DNA from: Antedon mediterranea
Taxonomy: Eukaryota; Animalia; Echinodermata
Length of the DNA: 64,000 nucleotides
Direction of reading: 5' to 3'
Assembly: GCF_964355755.1 (NCBI RefSeq)
Contig: NC_092679.1
Span: 5,610,201-5,674,200, forward strand
Positions within the stretch are counted from its first letter, which is position 1. Every line of letters starts with the position of its first letter. Below are positions 42,466 to 56,000 of this stretch, in pieces. The notes beneath the pieces are model-generated. The model searched no databases. It was not told the origin of the DNA and worked only from the letters and a program-made list of their open reading frames with translations. A program made the translations under genes and the position numbers.

Positions 42466-43258
42466 AGACAGCAGAGCCCATTCGTTGGGACACACCTATT
42501 CAGGGACACACCTATTCAGGGACAGTCCTATTCATGGCACACACCTATTCAGGGACAGTCCTATTCATGGCACACACCTATTCAGGGACAGTCCTATTCA
42601 GAGGACAGTCCTATTCATGGCACACTCCCCTATTCAGAGGACACCACTATTCAGGGGACAGTCCTATTCATGGCACACCCCCCTATTCAGAGGACACCCC
42701 TATTCAGGGGACAGTCCTATTCATGGGACACACCTATTCAGAGGACAACCCTATTCAGGGGACAGTCCTATTCATGGGACACACCTATTCAGAGGACAGC
42801 CCTATTCAGGGGACAGTCCTATTCATGTGGCACCCCTTATTCACATGACAGCCCTATTCAGGGGACAGTCCTATTCAGGGGACAGCCCCTATTAAGCGGA
42901 CAGTCCTATTCATGAGACACATCCTATTCAGAGGACAGCCCCTATTCAGGGAATAGCCCTATTTATTGGACACACCTATTCAGGGCACACCCCTATTCAG
43001 GAGACACACCTATTCAGGGGACAGCACTATTCACGTGACATCCCCTATTCAGGGGACAGCTCTATTCAGGGGACAGCCCTATTCATGTGACACACCCTAT
43101 TCAGGGGACACACCCTATTCAGAGGACACCCTATCAAGGGAAACCATCCTTATGAAACTAACAAGGGCAACACCACAGCCAACCCCTATTCAAGAGACAC
43201 TCCTATTAAGGGGATAGTTTTGGGTCCCCAATGTGTCCCCTTAATAGGGGTTCTACTA
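42466..43258. repeat. ~16-18-bp minisatellite (cctattcaggggacagt-like) inside a Tc1/pogo-like MITE
   Basis: Dozens of cctattca cores; right end tgtccccttaataggggttctact resembles MITE ends at ~31318-31352 and ~18361-18420. Confidence 0.8.
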
Positions 43259-43521
43259 AGAACTACATGTAAACAATTACCTATACCAGTCATTTGTGAA
43301 CATTTAGATATTTTAAATTGAACATCTCCTATCCTTCATACAGTAGCAACCTTATCATTTTCATTTTTGTTCAAAAATACTTGTACATGTATTAACTTCA
43401 ACATTATTAATTGTTAAACACATGTTCCATAGTCTTAATATGAAGGCTATGTACACTATGATTTACCCACAGCTAAATGACATGATTACAGTGCAGATGA
43501 CATCCACTGTATTCAGGCTTA

Positions 43522-43661
43522 AGCTCTGTCTACACTCACTACTATAAAACTAGTTTGACAAAAAAGTGTGATTAATATAGTATTGATATGATGTCATCGT
43601 GTCCATATATAGACACATCAAATTTTGTTGTCACATAAAGTTTGATAGTGTAGACAGAGCT
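43522..43661. mobile_element. Family B MITE
   Basis: agctctgtctacact ... agtgtagacagagct. Confidence 0.8.
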
Positions 43662-46600
43662 TTAGCTATTTATCCGGTTAAGTTGGTGACCTCTCCACCA
43701 ATACATGAAGCCAACTTACTCTAGTAAATAATTGAACGGGCCCAATTATAAACTTTGTTAAAATACAAACGCAGGTGTAACAAATTTAAAATGTGATATA
43801 TTATATATAACTTAATTTGCAGTAACAATAAGTAATAGATATTACAAACACTGGTGACTTGCCTTTTTTTTTTTATCAAAATTCTTTCAACAAACTTAAA
43901 TTAACACAGAAACAATGTCATGGAATGTTTTCTTGTCTTTTACATGAACTTTTTAAAGATAGTATTGATATATGTAAACTGGTAAATAACCCCACATGTA
44001 AAAAAAGAATTGAAAACAAGAGTGCTGGTCCCCTTCAAGTATCACTATTTTTACAACATCGTATTTAATTGATCATATTAAAATGATAACAAACAATAAT
44101 ATTTATTATTCATAACAATAAACAGACAAGCACTAACGATTCAAAATGAAAGCACTCAGAAACTGAGTGAAGTACTTGGCAAAATATTGCCACAGAGGGC
44201 GCATGTTGATATTTTCTTTCTTTTTTTATTTGTGAAGTTATTAATAAGCCGATTTTATTGAATTTCAATAGGTATGTTCTGTGAGTATATACCTATTAAC
44301 AACAACACATTCAGAATGATAACTTTAAAAATGTAGGCACTATCGTGCTAACAAAAACAAACAAAACAAAAACAAACAAAGCAATTAGTACTATACTAAT
44401 AAGCATATTAAGCATAAAAACATTTCAATATTTCTGCAAAGTCTTGAACCTAAGGCAATAGGAAGTGGGGGGGGGGGGGCACCCTCTTGCCAAATCAAAC
44501 CCTAATTGTCACCCTGATAAGAATTCAGATATTCTAACATTTAATTTAATTAGACATTAAGAATGCATATGTAATACAGAGTTTGAGAGAAAGTTTACCC
44601 AAATAACATTACATGTTTTTTTTTAGTTATCACAACAATTTGTGCTTTACGAATTAAAATACGTTTACTAACTTCAATACAAATTCAAATACCAAACCCT
44701 TGTTTCTCCAGTAGTACTATTTGAATTTAGAAATATATTTTTAATCGGATAGATTGTTAAAAAGTAATTCAGTAATTTCAATCCTCTACTTGAAAATGTT
44801 CCTAACCTTATTTTATTTTAAAAAAATATTAGTATAATATAAAATATATCATCCTGCAGTTGGTCAGCATGGTTTAATAACGCGAGTCCAGATATCTTGT
44901 ATTTATATTATCTTTTTAGATAAAACCGAATTAAAAATATGAATATGAATAAAACATAAATAACTTCCACTTTTTAGCAATAACACACGGGACAAAAATA
45001 TATATATTGTACGATCTTCTTTCTATCAGCACCAAAATATATTTTGTTTTAAAAAAATATGATGTTTGGAAGATCCAATTGATGAGCAATAAAAATAATA
45101 AAATATACTTTAATAAATCATAATCTCACATAATTTTTTCTTGGATATTTCATCCAGACAGAATTCATTCAAGCGACATTTCATTTTTTTTTAAAGGAAA
45201 ATTATTTGAAGCATCTAATAGCTACTAATATTAAAATACATATTTCAACTCATTTTAACTAATATTAACGTAACAAGTAACTAATATTAGCAATTGTATA
45301 GTAACTGAAACAAGTTTTACTTTAAATGAATATCATTAAATGAAATCTACACACAAATTATAAACATAACATCATGAATAAATAAAATCTTTATAATATA
45401 AACTTGTTTGATATTTTTTAGGAAATATATTGCAGAAGAAGAAAACTAACTATCCTAGGGAGTTACATATATTTTTTTTAGTAACCTAGGGATGAATTTA
45501 AGCACACACATTAAGAAATAATATTATTTTTAAACATAATATTGATTATTTAATACTAAAAACGTTTGCTATGAAAGGACAGCTGCTGGGTACACATTCA
45601 TGATACTACTTCACAAAATCAACTAGTAATTTTACTCTTTTTGTACTTGTTACCAATTTAGAGCGATTATAGTATTAATTTAAATGTCATATTTAAATAA
45701 AAACTTTATGTAAAATAGTTATAAATGAAAAATAATTGTGAAATGGAAAATAATTTATGAAATTAAACAAAACGTTATGGTATTAATGAAAAGTAATTGT
45801 AAAATGAAAAATATTTTCGTCAAAATATGAATCTAGTTAAGGCAACCCATGTTCTAAAATTTACAATTATCTCAATTATCTTTCATTGTTTTTAGTCAAT
45901 ATTATGCAAGCCATTCATTTTGTAAAATATTGTAATTATATTATTTTAAATAAAAAAGATACATTTTAGCATGGAAAACTGGCATAAAAGCTATTAATAC
46001 CATAAATAATATAAGGCCCTGTTGAAAAGGAATGATAAACACTTAAAATGAATTAGTCTATGGAATGTACTAATTTATTAATTTGTGATGGGTTTAATAA
46101 AAACAATACAACTATCTTCCCTTAAGCCAGAAAAACTTGGCCTGAAGGTTTCATTACATTGTCAACACATTCAGTAGCAGACTCTTTTAAAAAAAAAACC
46201 GGAAACAAAAAAATTTCTTGAAAACCATAAATATTAGCTCAAGAATGTCCATTTGGGAGAGTTGACAATGAATATACAAAGTATTAATAATACTTAATAT
46301 TTTGAAAATATAGTATTAAATTTATTATACAAAGGCCATTTGTACTGGTACTGGTTCTGTATAGAGAAATCTGGTAACCATTGACATAAAGTTACTACTT
46401 TTAAGTGTACACAATATTTTTTTTCTTTTCTTTTTTGTTTTTTTTTTTAGATTTAGGTGATCTTAATACAACCTCACTTATTGTCATTTTTATTTAGTGG
46501 TTTTAACACAAAATTGTTGAAATTCTATATTGAGGAGGCTCCTCAGTATGAGCGTATTAGTGGATAATTATAATCTACTAGGTGTGCAACTAGGACAGAG

Positions 46601-49600
46601 TATTTGACACTTGTGTGTTGTTATCTCAGAATTAAGCATAAATTATATATAGATACACATCATGCTTTACCATATTTGGACATTTTGGTATTTTCAAAGC
46701 ATATAGCACATTTTTTGTTTACTCTCCCAAATTTCATCTTGACTGATATAATTCAGCATTATCGTTTGGAAATCTCACTTGCCGTTATATTATATTATAT
46801 TATTCAATTTTCTACATCTGACAGTGATTTGTTCCGTTTCTGTGGTCTAGTGGCTAAGATGCTCATCCTGTAAGTTAAAGGTTGTAGGTTCAAGAAGAAT
46901 TTTATCCTGTCAACTTTCAACTGGAATTAATAAAAATCTAATCTGAAAATCTACTATCGAAATAGATAAAGATAAGGTTCTTGGTTTGTATGTAGATTAC
47001 CATATACTTTGCAATATATTTTAATAACAAGCTGCCATTTCAGTGTATTAACTGAAAAATTTATGATTTAAATAAATTGAAGTAGTTTTCACACAGTAAT
47101 AATGTAGATGTATTTATATACGTGTGGGTGGTACAGCGCACATTATTATACACTTATTATTTAGCTACTGTATGTGGGTGTCATCTCATTAACATTTGGC
47201 ATCAAACAGAAGCAGAAAATATCTGTTGATTTGAGATAAACACAATTATGTGGGACGTGAAAATAAAATATGAAACTTAAATTTACTCCGTGGAAAATTT
47301 TTGGTATTTTAAACAAACTAATAGCAACTTATGGTATGTTCAACATTGGTTTTAAATATCTAAATCATTTAATCAAATACAAATATATTTCATACTAGAA
47401 TTGAAATAATAATGTACATATTTCATACTAGAATTGAAATAACAATGTACAAAAATAATTTTTAAAAAACAAAATAGTAGAGATGTGTTTTTTATCTTTT
47501 ATACACAAAATTCTATTCGCTAATAATTTTTATATTTAAAAATTGTAAATATATTCGGTCAGTTTTAAGCGAAAATTCGTAAAAATTCAAAATGGCATAC
47601 TGCATAATTCAGAATAATTTATGAATCATACAAATCATGTCTTCTTCAGTAATATAAAATGTCAAAGTTAAAAAGTAAAGAAATAAAGAATTCATATCAT
47701 GTATGAAGTTTCCAAATATGGGAAAAAAAAATATTTCGTTCTTCAATTTCTTTATCGTCATTAATTTATCATTTACAAATTTCTTTTTTGATTGGAAACA
47801 ATTTATCAAGGTAAATAACGTTAAAAGCATGAAAGGTTTTACAAATTAATATAAATGTACCTAGTGTACTTATACCATGGTGGAATTGCTTATACTGTAC
47901 ATACAAGTTGGCTAAATCTTACTGGTACAAACTACTTTACTAAACATTTTAAAAATATATACTGCATATACAGTAGATTTGAATGTCGTGCCAGAGTACC
48001 ATAGAATCAGTGTAATAACAACAAACTAAATTCCTTTGGACTAAGTCTATCATCATGTTCTTTTGTACATTCACAAACATGTTTAATAGCCATCACTTGT
48101 CAGATCAGTAATGATATACTGATAAATGTATTCAATGTACAGTATCATCTTTTTAAATGACATTAATAACAATTTCTGAACCTCTTTACAAGCTGCTGAA
48201 AATAAAGCTAATTTGGTAATACAGTGATGTTGAACATTGTCGTTCATTTGCAAACATCATTCAGTGTGTGATATACATCATCAACATTCATAATCTATAA
48301 GGCTTTTAAAGCTCCGATATCGCATACACAGTTAAAAGCACATATTTACATGAAATTCATTAATAGCGCATTTTAGTCTCCCTTTTAAGGAAAAACATTT
48401 ATTACTTACAGTATTATTAATAAAACATTTTATATTTACAAGCACTTTTCATCTAAAATAAAACTTGTCATTATTGATATGAAAATCCAACCTTGTCAAA
48501 AAACTTGCATCAAATATTATTATTGGTATGATGGGTGTCAGAGGTCAAGCGTAAGCCCTTGCATTGGTGTCAACTTTGACCTTGAATTAACCTCTCAATT
48601 TTAAATTCTACATTACTACTCACATCATTTCTTTGGTCATAATAAAATCTTGCCTTTTTCTTTTATCTGCAAAAACAAACAATTTATTATTTGAAAAAAA
48701 GTTAATGTGTTTTATTTTTAGAGTAAATAGTTTAATTTTCCAATAAATTTAACACAGAAATATGTAATCCTTAATATGAAATAATTATTTACTCTAAAAC
48801 TAAAAGACAAATGTCGATTTTAATTACTTGATAACTGATTTTTAGATGCTGAATCATAAAATCGCTTTAGAGTACAAATTTGTCGCAACAGGCAAATGCA
48901 ATATCAAAATTTGTCGTTGGAAATAGCCATGTAATCAGTGTGAATGTACTCATCTTTGCTGTCTTTAATTGACAAAGTATTTTATAATGGAATTTTATAA
49001 GACATCATGTTACAATGCTCTTAGATAGACAATCTTACTTAGTAGTCTTGTAGTGGGCAATGCATATTAATTAACTTGCATTAAGAATTCGCAGAACTAC
49101 ATAAACTTGCATATATGATGGGCTTAGGGAGTGTGAATTGGATTCAGAGACAGTTCCTGTCATTATCTCCAATTCATGAAAATAAGTTCAGCATTTTATT
49201 TTACAATTTTTAAACTCTGGTGGTGGCGACTATTAGAAGGATTTAAGGTGCATTGCAGATAGTTTGGTATTGCTAGAAAGTGTTGTTGCACAATGCATGG
49301 TGGGAAGGAATTGGACAGCAACATATCAATAGCAAATGTTTCCCCCACTTTCGTCCCATAATGCGATAAACCTTGTACAACTATCTATGGCACTCTCTCA
49401 GTCATTTTAATTAAGAGTACATTTCCCTCCACACAACTTAATAGCACTCCATACAAAGAGTATACAGTACCTTCAATGCCTAAGGAATATTTGGTTTAAA
49501 GTACCTTGATGCATTCAATCAATATAGATCTTAATAGTAAATGCAATTACAGATAATAATCAGAAATATGATAGGTGAAATGATCATGTCTATGGATATA

Positions 49601-50018
49601 GTTTCTAATTCAATGTTGTAAATATAATAAACAGTAATAGAACCCAGGTGCTAGTTCAAACTGTGAGGTTCAGTATCAATTGTCTCGTCTCCAAGCAGTG
49701 GTATACTGGCTATGAGCACTCACTGGCTAAACTCAGAGGCATCGAAGCTTATGAGGGACCCCTGAGCAGTGCCCAGAGGAAAAAACTAGCATTCAAATAT
49801 GTCGAAAAAGGCTAAAAGCAGCCGAGGCCTCCAGCGTTGGTGGGTCACTTAGGGTTTCTAAACCGGGGGCCCAGGTCTCTACGTTTACGTCACTGTCTCC
49901 AAGTATCCCACAATGCAATAGTAGATTTACGCATATGTCGCTGTAGAATTGACACTTTTAAGAAGCTCTTTAGGAAGATTTAACCTTTAACCCTTACCTT
50001 CATTTACTCCCTCTTCAT

Positions 50019-53000
50019 TTACTCCCTTCGTGGCCTTCTTCGTAGACTTCCAAAGTCTTCATACTCACTTGTAGAGCGAGGGCGCTTGTTGAACTGCACC
50101 TGTGACTGTGCTGTGAGCTGTAACTGAATTGCTGCTGTGTTGAGCTTCCCAGGATTGGTCAGCAGATCCTTTAACCCTTTCATTTTAGCACTGGATAGGG
50201 TCAACTTTGGAGACATCATCTGGGATGCTGACACAGCCGACACAGAGGTGTGAGATGGTTTACCTTCCTCTTCCTCCGAGTCTTCACCTTGTGAATCAGA
50301 CTGTCGCGCTTTCCACTGACGATGAAACGCCATTTCAGCCGGGCTTTCTGCTTTTAGAGCAGATTCTATCGTAATGCCAGGAAAAGCACCACCATTATTA
50401 CTCCCGCTTAAAAAATCATTAAGATCCGTTTTCGTATCCCATGATTTTGAAGCGAAAGGTGTTGAAGTTTCCGAGGCACCTAGAAGGTAGTCTGGATTTA
50501 GTATAGATTCACTGCATGCTGCAGCTAAAGCAGCGATATTTGGGTTAGAAACATCCAACTGTTGGCCAGGTGTCTTTAATTCGTTCCCGATACTGTCAGA
50601 TGAGCTGTCCAAACTATCAGGTTTAACATTATTATTATTATTACTTTTATCGGTAATAATATTCTGGTTAATGTCCTCACGCAACTTTTTACGTGTAACG
50701 TTATAGTTCTTTGACCTCAGTGATATTTTATTTTTTGTGTGATATTCATTTGTAGCTTTCTCTTCTTTTTTTTCTCTGCTCATCTTTGGTCTGACAACAT
50801 TCTCTTTCTGATGATCATTATCTTCTTCAATCTTTTCTTCATCTTCACAATCATCATCTTCCTCAACGTGAACATCAATAAGCTCCCGCACACCTGATGC
50901 AAACTTTGACACGACCCCAATGAACTTCTTTGACCATGTTATATGAAGCACAGGTGTAACACTGCCTTCCTCCCACCTGCAAAGTCCATCATAAAATTGT
51001 AAAAAATATGCATAGCACTCGGGATCGCATAGTGGTGAGTTTTGCGTCACTGAATGCGAGAATTCTTTAACGATGTTTGGAATTAATTCAAAAGCGATGT
51101 CCAGAAACTCCTTGTAGATTTCCTCATCTTCTCTGTAATAATTATATCTAAAAAAAATATTGGAAAAAACATTATTTTCAAAAAAATTATTTACAAAAAT
51201 GGAATCAACTGCAGTCACAAAGAAACAAAATTTTCTCCTTAAAGATGTATTGTCCCCCAAAAACATGAAAAATGAATATTAATTAAATCACACTTTGAAT
51301 ATGTTGATTTGTCAATCGATTCCAAAGAAACAAAACCTGTTGGCTGACAGCAAATTTGACCATTTTTTGCTTTAAATTAGTTTTTTCATGTAAATACATT
51401 TTTTTTATCATCAAATTTTTGGTCAAAGTGGATGACTATTATGTTACATTAAAATTGCACATTCAACAAGAATTATTTTTCAGGGGGACAATACATCTTT
51501 AAATAATGTAATGTATTTGTATACTCCATTAATCTCCATTGACCTGTCCAACTATATTATTAGATCCGTACAGTAACTGAAAAAAAAAATAAACATTCAT
51601 ACTTGCTAACAACAGAAGACGCTTGGGCCCATCGCTTGAGAGCATCTTTGTACCTCTGATGACGGTAAAGGTGTCCACCAAGGTACGTGTAAGGGTACAC
51701 ATGATGGTCGTTGTAGTACCGCTGGGCAGAGTTTATGGCGGACTCAAAGATGTCTTCACAGCATGGTCTTCCCTGGCTAGGGGCTATGCTTTCTAAATCT
51801 CCAAGATTTCCTAGCGCCATTGGATACCTACAAGATGAAATATTTAGTTTGATGTACTCATTAAAGATATTAAAATTAGGTTTTAAAAGTAAATTACAGT
51901 GCTTAATTCATCATAAAAATAAATCATAATTTCATTTTTTACTGTAATGAAAAAAGTTCTCCAGTGGAATCACAAATGTTTCGTTGTTATTTTCAAACAA
52001 CAAAAAATGTATATAAAGATATAATGTAAAAATGATGAGCTATCGATAAAATACATAATGTCCTAAATTGAGTTTGTTTACATACTAAATTGTTGTGAAT
52101 GGAGAACAATAGGAGACATAAAGTTCAAACTGTACTAATAATATAAAAATAGAGGCCAAGTTTATCTCTTTGAACATAGGTGCATGTTCATTCTCAGGAA
52201 GTGCTTTTGGCAGTTGTGAAGAACACTGGGATTAGAAAAGTTGGAACTGGTACATAAAAAACAACTGTACTAAGCTGAGTTTGGCAAAGTGTCTAGTTAT
52301 AGACAGAAAACAAAATACCAAACTGATAATCCGGAATTGAAATCATGTGGCCTGATGGCTTAAAGGTACATTTTGTTTTGTTTATAGTACAGTAATATAT
52401 CAAACGTGCCAAAAACACAGGGATGCAGCTAAAAAAGGTTAGAGTAACGCCATCAATGCTACGTATAACAACATCTTAAGCTCTGTCTACACTATCTATC
52501 AAACTAGTTTGTCAAAAAAAGTGTGATGTACCCAAATATGGTAGTGATATGCCCAAAAATGTTTGTTTGTTTGTAATATTTATTTTATTGTATCCATAAA
52601 ATACACAATACAATACATAATAGTTTGAAATTAACAAATCATACAAAAACTAAATAATTATACAGTTATGGAATAGCAGAGGATAACCCTTTAAGCTGGG
52701 AAGCTTGTTTCAGAAGGGGTCCTTGCAACAATGATAGTGACATCAACATGTCCATATAGGCACATCATATTTTTTTGTCACATAAAATTTGATAGTGTAG
52801 ACAGAGCTTTACACACAGGCAATGCCAGAAAAATGGAGATTGAACAACTCCATTTTTATTCTTAAAAACCTATGAAATACAGTAGTTATTTTAATCTTGT
52901 TTCTTAAAATAAAAAAATTGTAGAGTTGCAGCAACATACAGGTATTATTATTATTATTTCAGTTTTATTATCTAACTATAGTGTAAAAGTTTTAAGCAGC

Positions 53001-56000
53001 TTACACCGTTCTACTGAGAAAAACACTTTATTAGCTTGAGAATAATAAATCACTGGAACGCAATGCCATATGACTTGGTAAACGCAACATCTGTAAACGT
53101 TTTTTGAAGGAAAAATATCGGTCAAGACTTTAATGTCATTCTAAGCATAACTGTCCGTGGGTCACAAGAGGCAAATTAGCCTGTTATTTATACCCACACA
53201 AACAATAAGTTTCAAGTTTACTCCAATCTGTATAGTAGTACTCCATTCCAAATTTTGTAAAGCAAACATCAGTAGATGCCTAGGTTGTTAGTAATAATAG
53301 AAATAGCACCAGGATATAAATAACAAGCACTACTTAAAGTATCAAGAGCTACTTTAACTACTTAATTATGCAACATACACATCAGCCTCTTTCAAAAAGA
53401 GTATATAACTTTTCCCACCTGAGTCATAGGAGCCAATTCCTATAAAAGGTTATTCTAATATTTATTTACAAATAATTTTAAGAATTTAATACTATAGTCA
53501 AATAGTATGTAATTACTATTTATTGCCATGCTATAAAACTATACAAGATTTCAGAATAAATGTTTACTTCTTTTGTTCCTATTGAGGCTGCCCAGTGCAT
53601 AAAACTCTCTATATAGTATAGGCACAAGTCATGTTTGTAGCTAATTCCAACACCTAAAACAGTAATAATGTTTTTCAATAGTACCAGCAGCAGCAGCCTG
53701 TAGCCTGTGGGGTTCGAGGGTTTTTGCATGCATGCTGAAGTAGTCTTTTCAAACTAGAGAAGTAATGGTAAATACAGTAGTTCATTTTTGCCCCAACCAT
53801 AAGAATCCTTACTATAGGCTTTTAAGCAAGAATATTCAAGAATAAGAACATACTTATACTTAGTATTTCATACTTACTTTTCAAGGTGTTTCAAATCATA
53901 CAGAAGCCATAACAATTCCTGAAAAGAAATTTGAAGTTTTCAAAAATACATCTGGTTTTTTTTCTAGAATTTTTTTCTAGATTTTTTTCTAATTAGACCT
54001 AAAATCATCTAAATATCATATATCAAATAGTTTGAATGATGATGTATTACTTCATCTACCATTTTGATTTGTCTTTAACTCCTGGACACAAAGAAACAAT
54101 TTAGACAGACTTAATTACTATGGAAAAATTCAAGGTTGACAATCTTAAATGATTATTAAGAATGTCTCTTCTCTGAATCAATATGAATCAGGAGAGAAAT
54201 TTTTATTACAACTGATCACAATATGAGAGGTATTATAGAATTATGTTAATAAGGAATATCTAAAGTTACCATACATTTACTGTTAAAAATCAGAAACAAA
54301 TTATAAATTTGGGGAACACCTAAAACAAATAAGGGAAAATTCCCATTCAGGTCCCTATGGTATTGGTATATCCATATTAAAATGGAATGATAGATAAGAT
54401 TGGATGGGATTTGATATATGGGATGGGATGAGATGGGAGAGGATGAATGGATGCACGAACGAACGAAAGAACGAATGAAACGTGACAAGAATTAATAATA
54501 AAATAATGCATAATAATAGGTTAGTTAAATCATGGACCTATAAATTTATTAGGTCCATGGTTAAATTACCCTCGGACTAGTTTAGTAAAAAATGATAAAT
54601 ATTGTCTTATCAATTTGAATAATTAAAGAAAATGATTAATAAAATAAATGGCTATGATTTTACAATAAAACATGTCCAATTAGTTATTAGTAATAAAGAA
54701 CCAATATTTATTACTTGATCTGAACAATTGATGTAGCCATTAAAGGCAGCAATGATACAATAATTCTAATTCATCTGCAAAAGGTCCTTGGTTGCGTCAG
54801 TACATAAATAATGCAGAAAATCTGACAAACAATGACATTTCGACTCATGATGAGGCATTATAGACATTTAATTCAGCTATAGGTTACACGTTACTATAAA
54901 TAGAAACGTGTGTGATGTAACAATAAATTAGTTACTAATGAATATTCATTAGGGATAAATAATATAGATAAATAAAAAGATATTGTCTGGGTAAAGCTTC
55001 TTTCTACTTTATTCTTCCTGGTTTTATTATCTCTTATTAAATTTGATTTCATTTATTAAAAATTCACCTTTGAATATGTTTCTAAGGCAACAGGTTTTTT
55101 TCTAATATATAATCAAAATAAATGAACACCTATATTAAATATAATATCAAGAAATCCAATTATTCACGTCTACATATAGTTTTCTTTTGATTAATACTAT
55201 TTTCACAAAATGAATTTGATTTTCAATGGCACCACATTCAATTAATTTTATTGCTTGAAGTTGAAAAGGGGAAAATCAATGTTGCAAACAACTGAATTAT
55301 TTTTAAAAGAAACTAATTTTCAGAATTGGCTTTATTAATCATATTCAGTTTATTGTGGGAAAATGTATAGCGAGGTCAGAGCTAACATGCAACAAATAAA
55401 TAAAACAAAATTATTTAATGATTAAATAAAATATTGATTGAAAAACAAGGATCTTCGCATTTATTTTTAGAAGGCAATATAATATTTTAAGCTAAGGTCA
55501 AACTTTATACTGGACATCTGATACATAATCAATAAACATACTGGGTGCTATGCCAAAGGGAATACTAATATAATTGTGTACTAGACCAAAAGACAAAATT
55601 CATTTTCAATGATTATTTTAGCTACTGTACACTATTGTCCTGTACTCTAACCTGCAATAACCGCTATATTTTGTCAATAATGCTAATTTTTAAGCAATCT
55701 TTCAATAAATTGTTCAATCTCATTGCCTTGCTCTATGGATACTATGTTTAGAAGTTGGTTCTATGTGCATTCATTTCATCCTTTATTTAATCAATCAAAC
55801 ACACAAAGAATGTCTCATAATCCAGGTATGACATCGCCCATCTTACCAGAAAAAAAACACTTTCCTGGGTATTGTTGAACAGTTCATTGAAAATAAGGGT
55901 TTGTTTTCATATTTAAGTCAGCTTCCCTTATTTTTGTCTTAGTGGGCAGTAAGTTGCAAGACTAAAAATATGCAATTTTTTTTAGTACATATACTCTGTG

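Noticed and set aside
42485-43217. Repetitive ORFs (GTHLFRDSPI...)
   Set aside because: Products of the cctattca minisatellite; open in several frames with no splice context.
46835-46895. tRNA-like sequence (gtggtctagtggctaag...ggttcaag)
   Set aside because: Truncated after the B box with no acceptor stem; probably a SINE or tRNA remnant.
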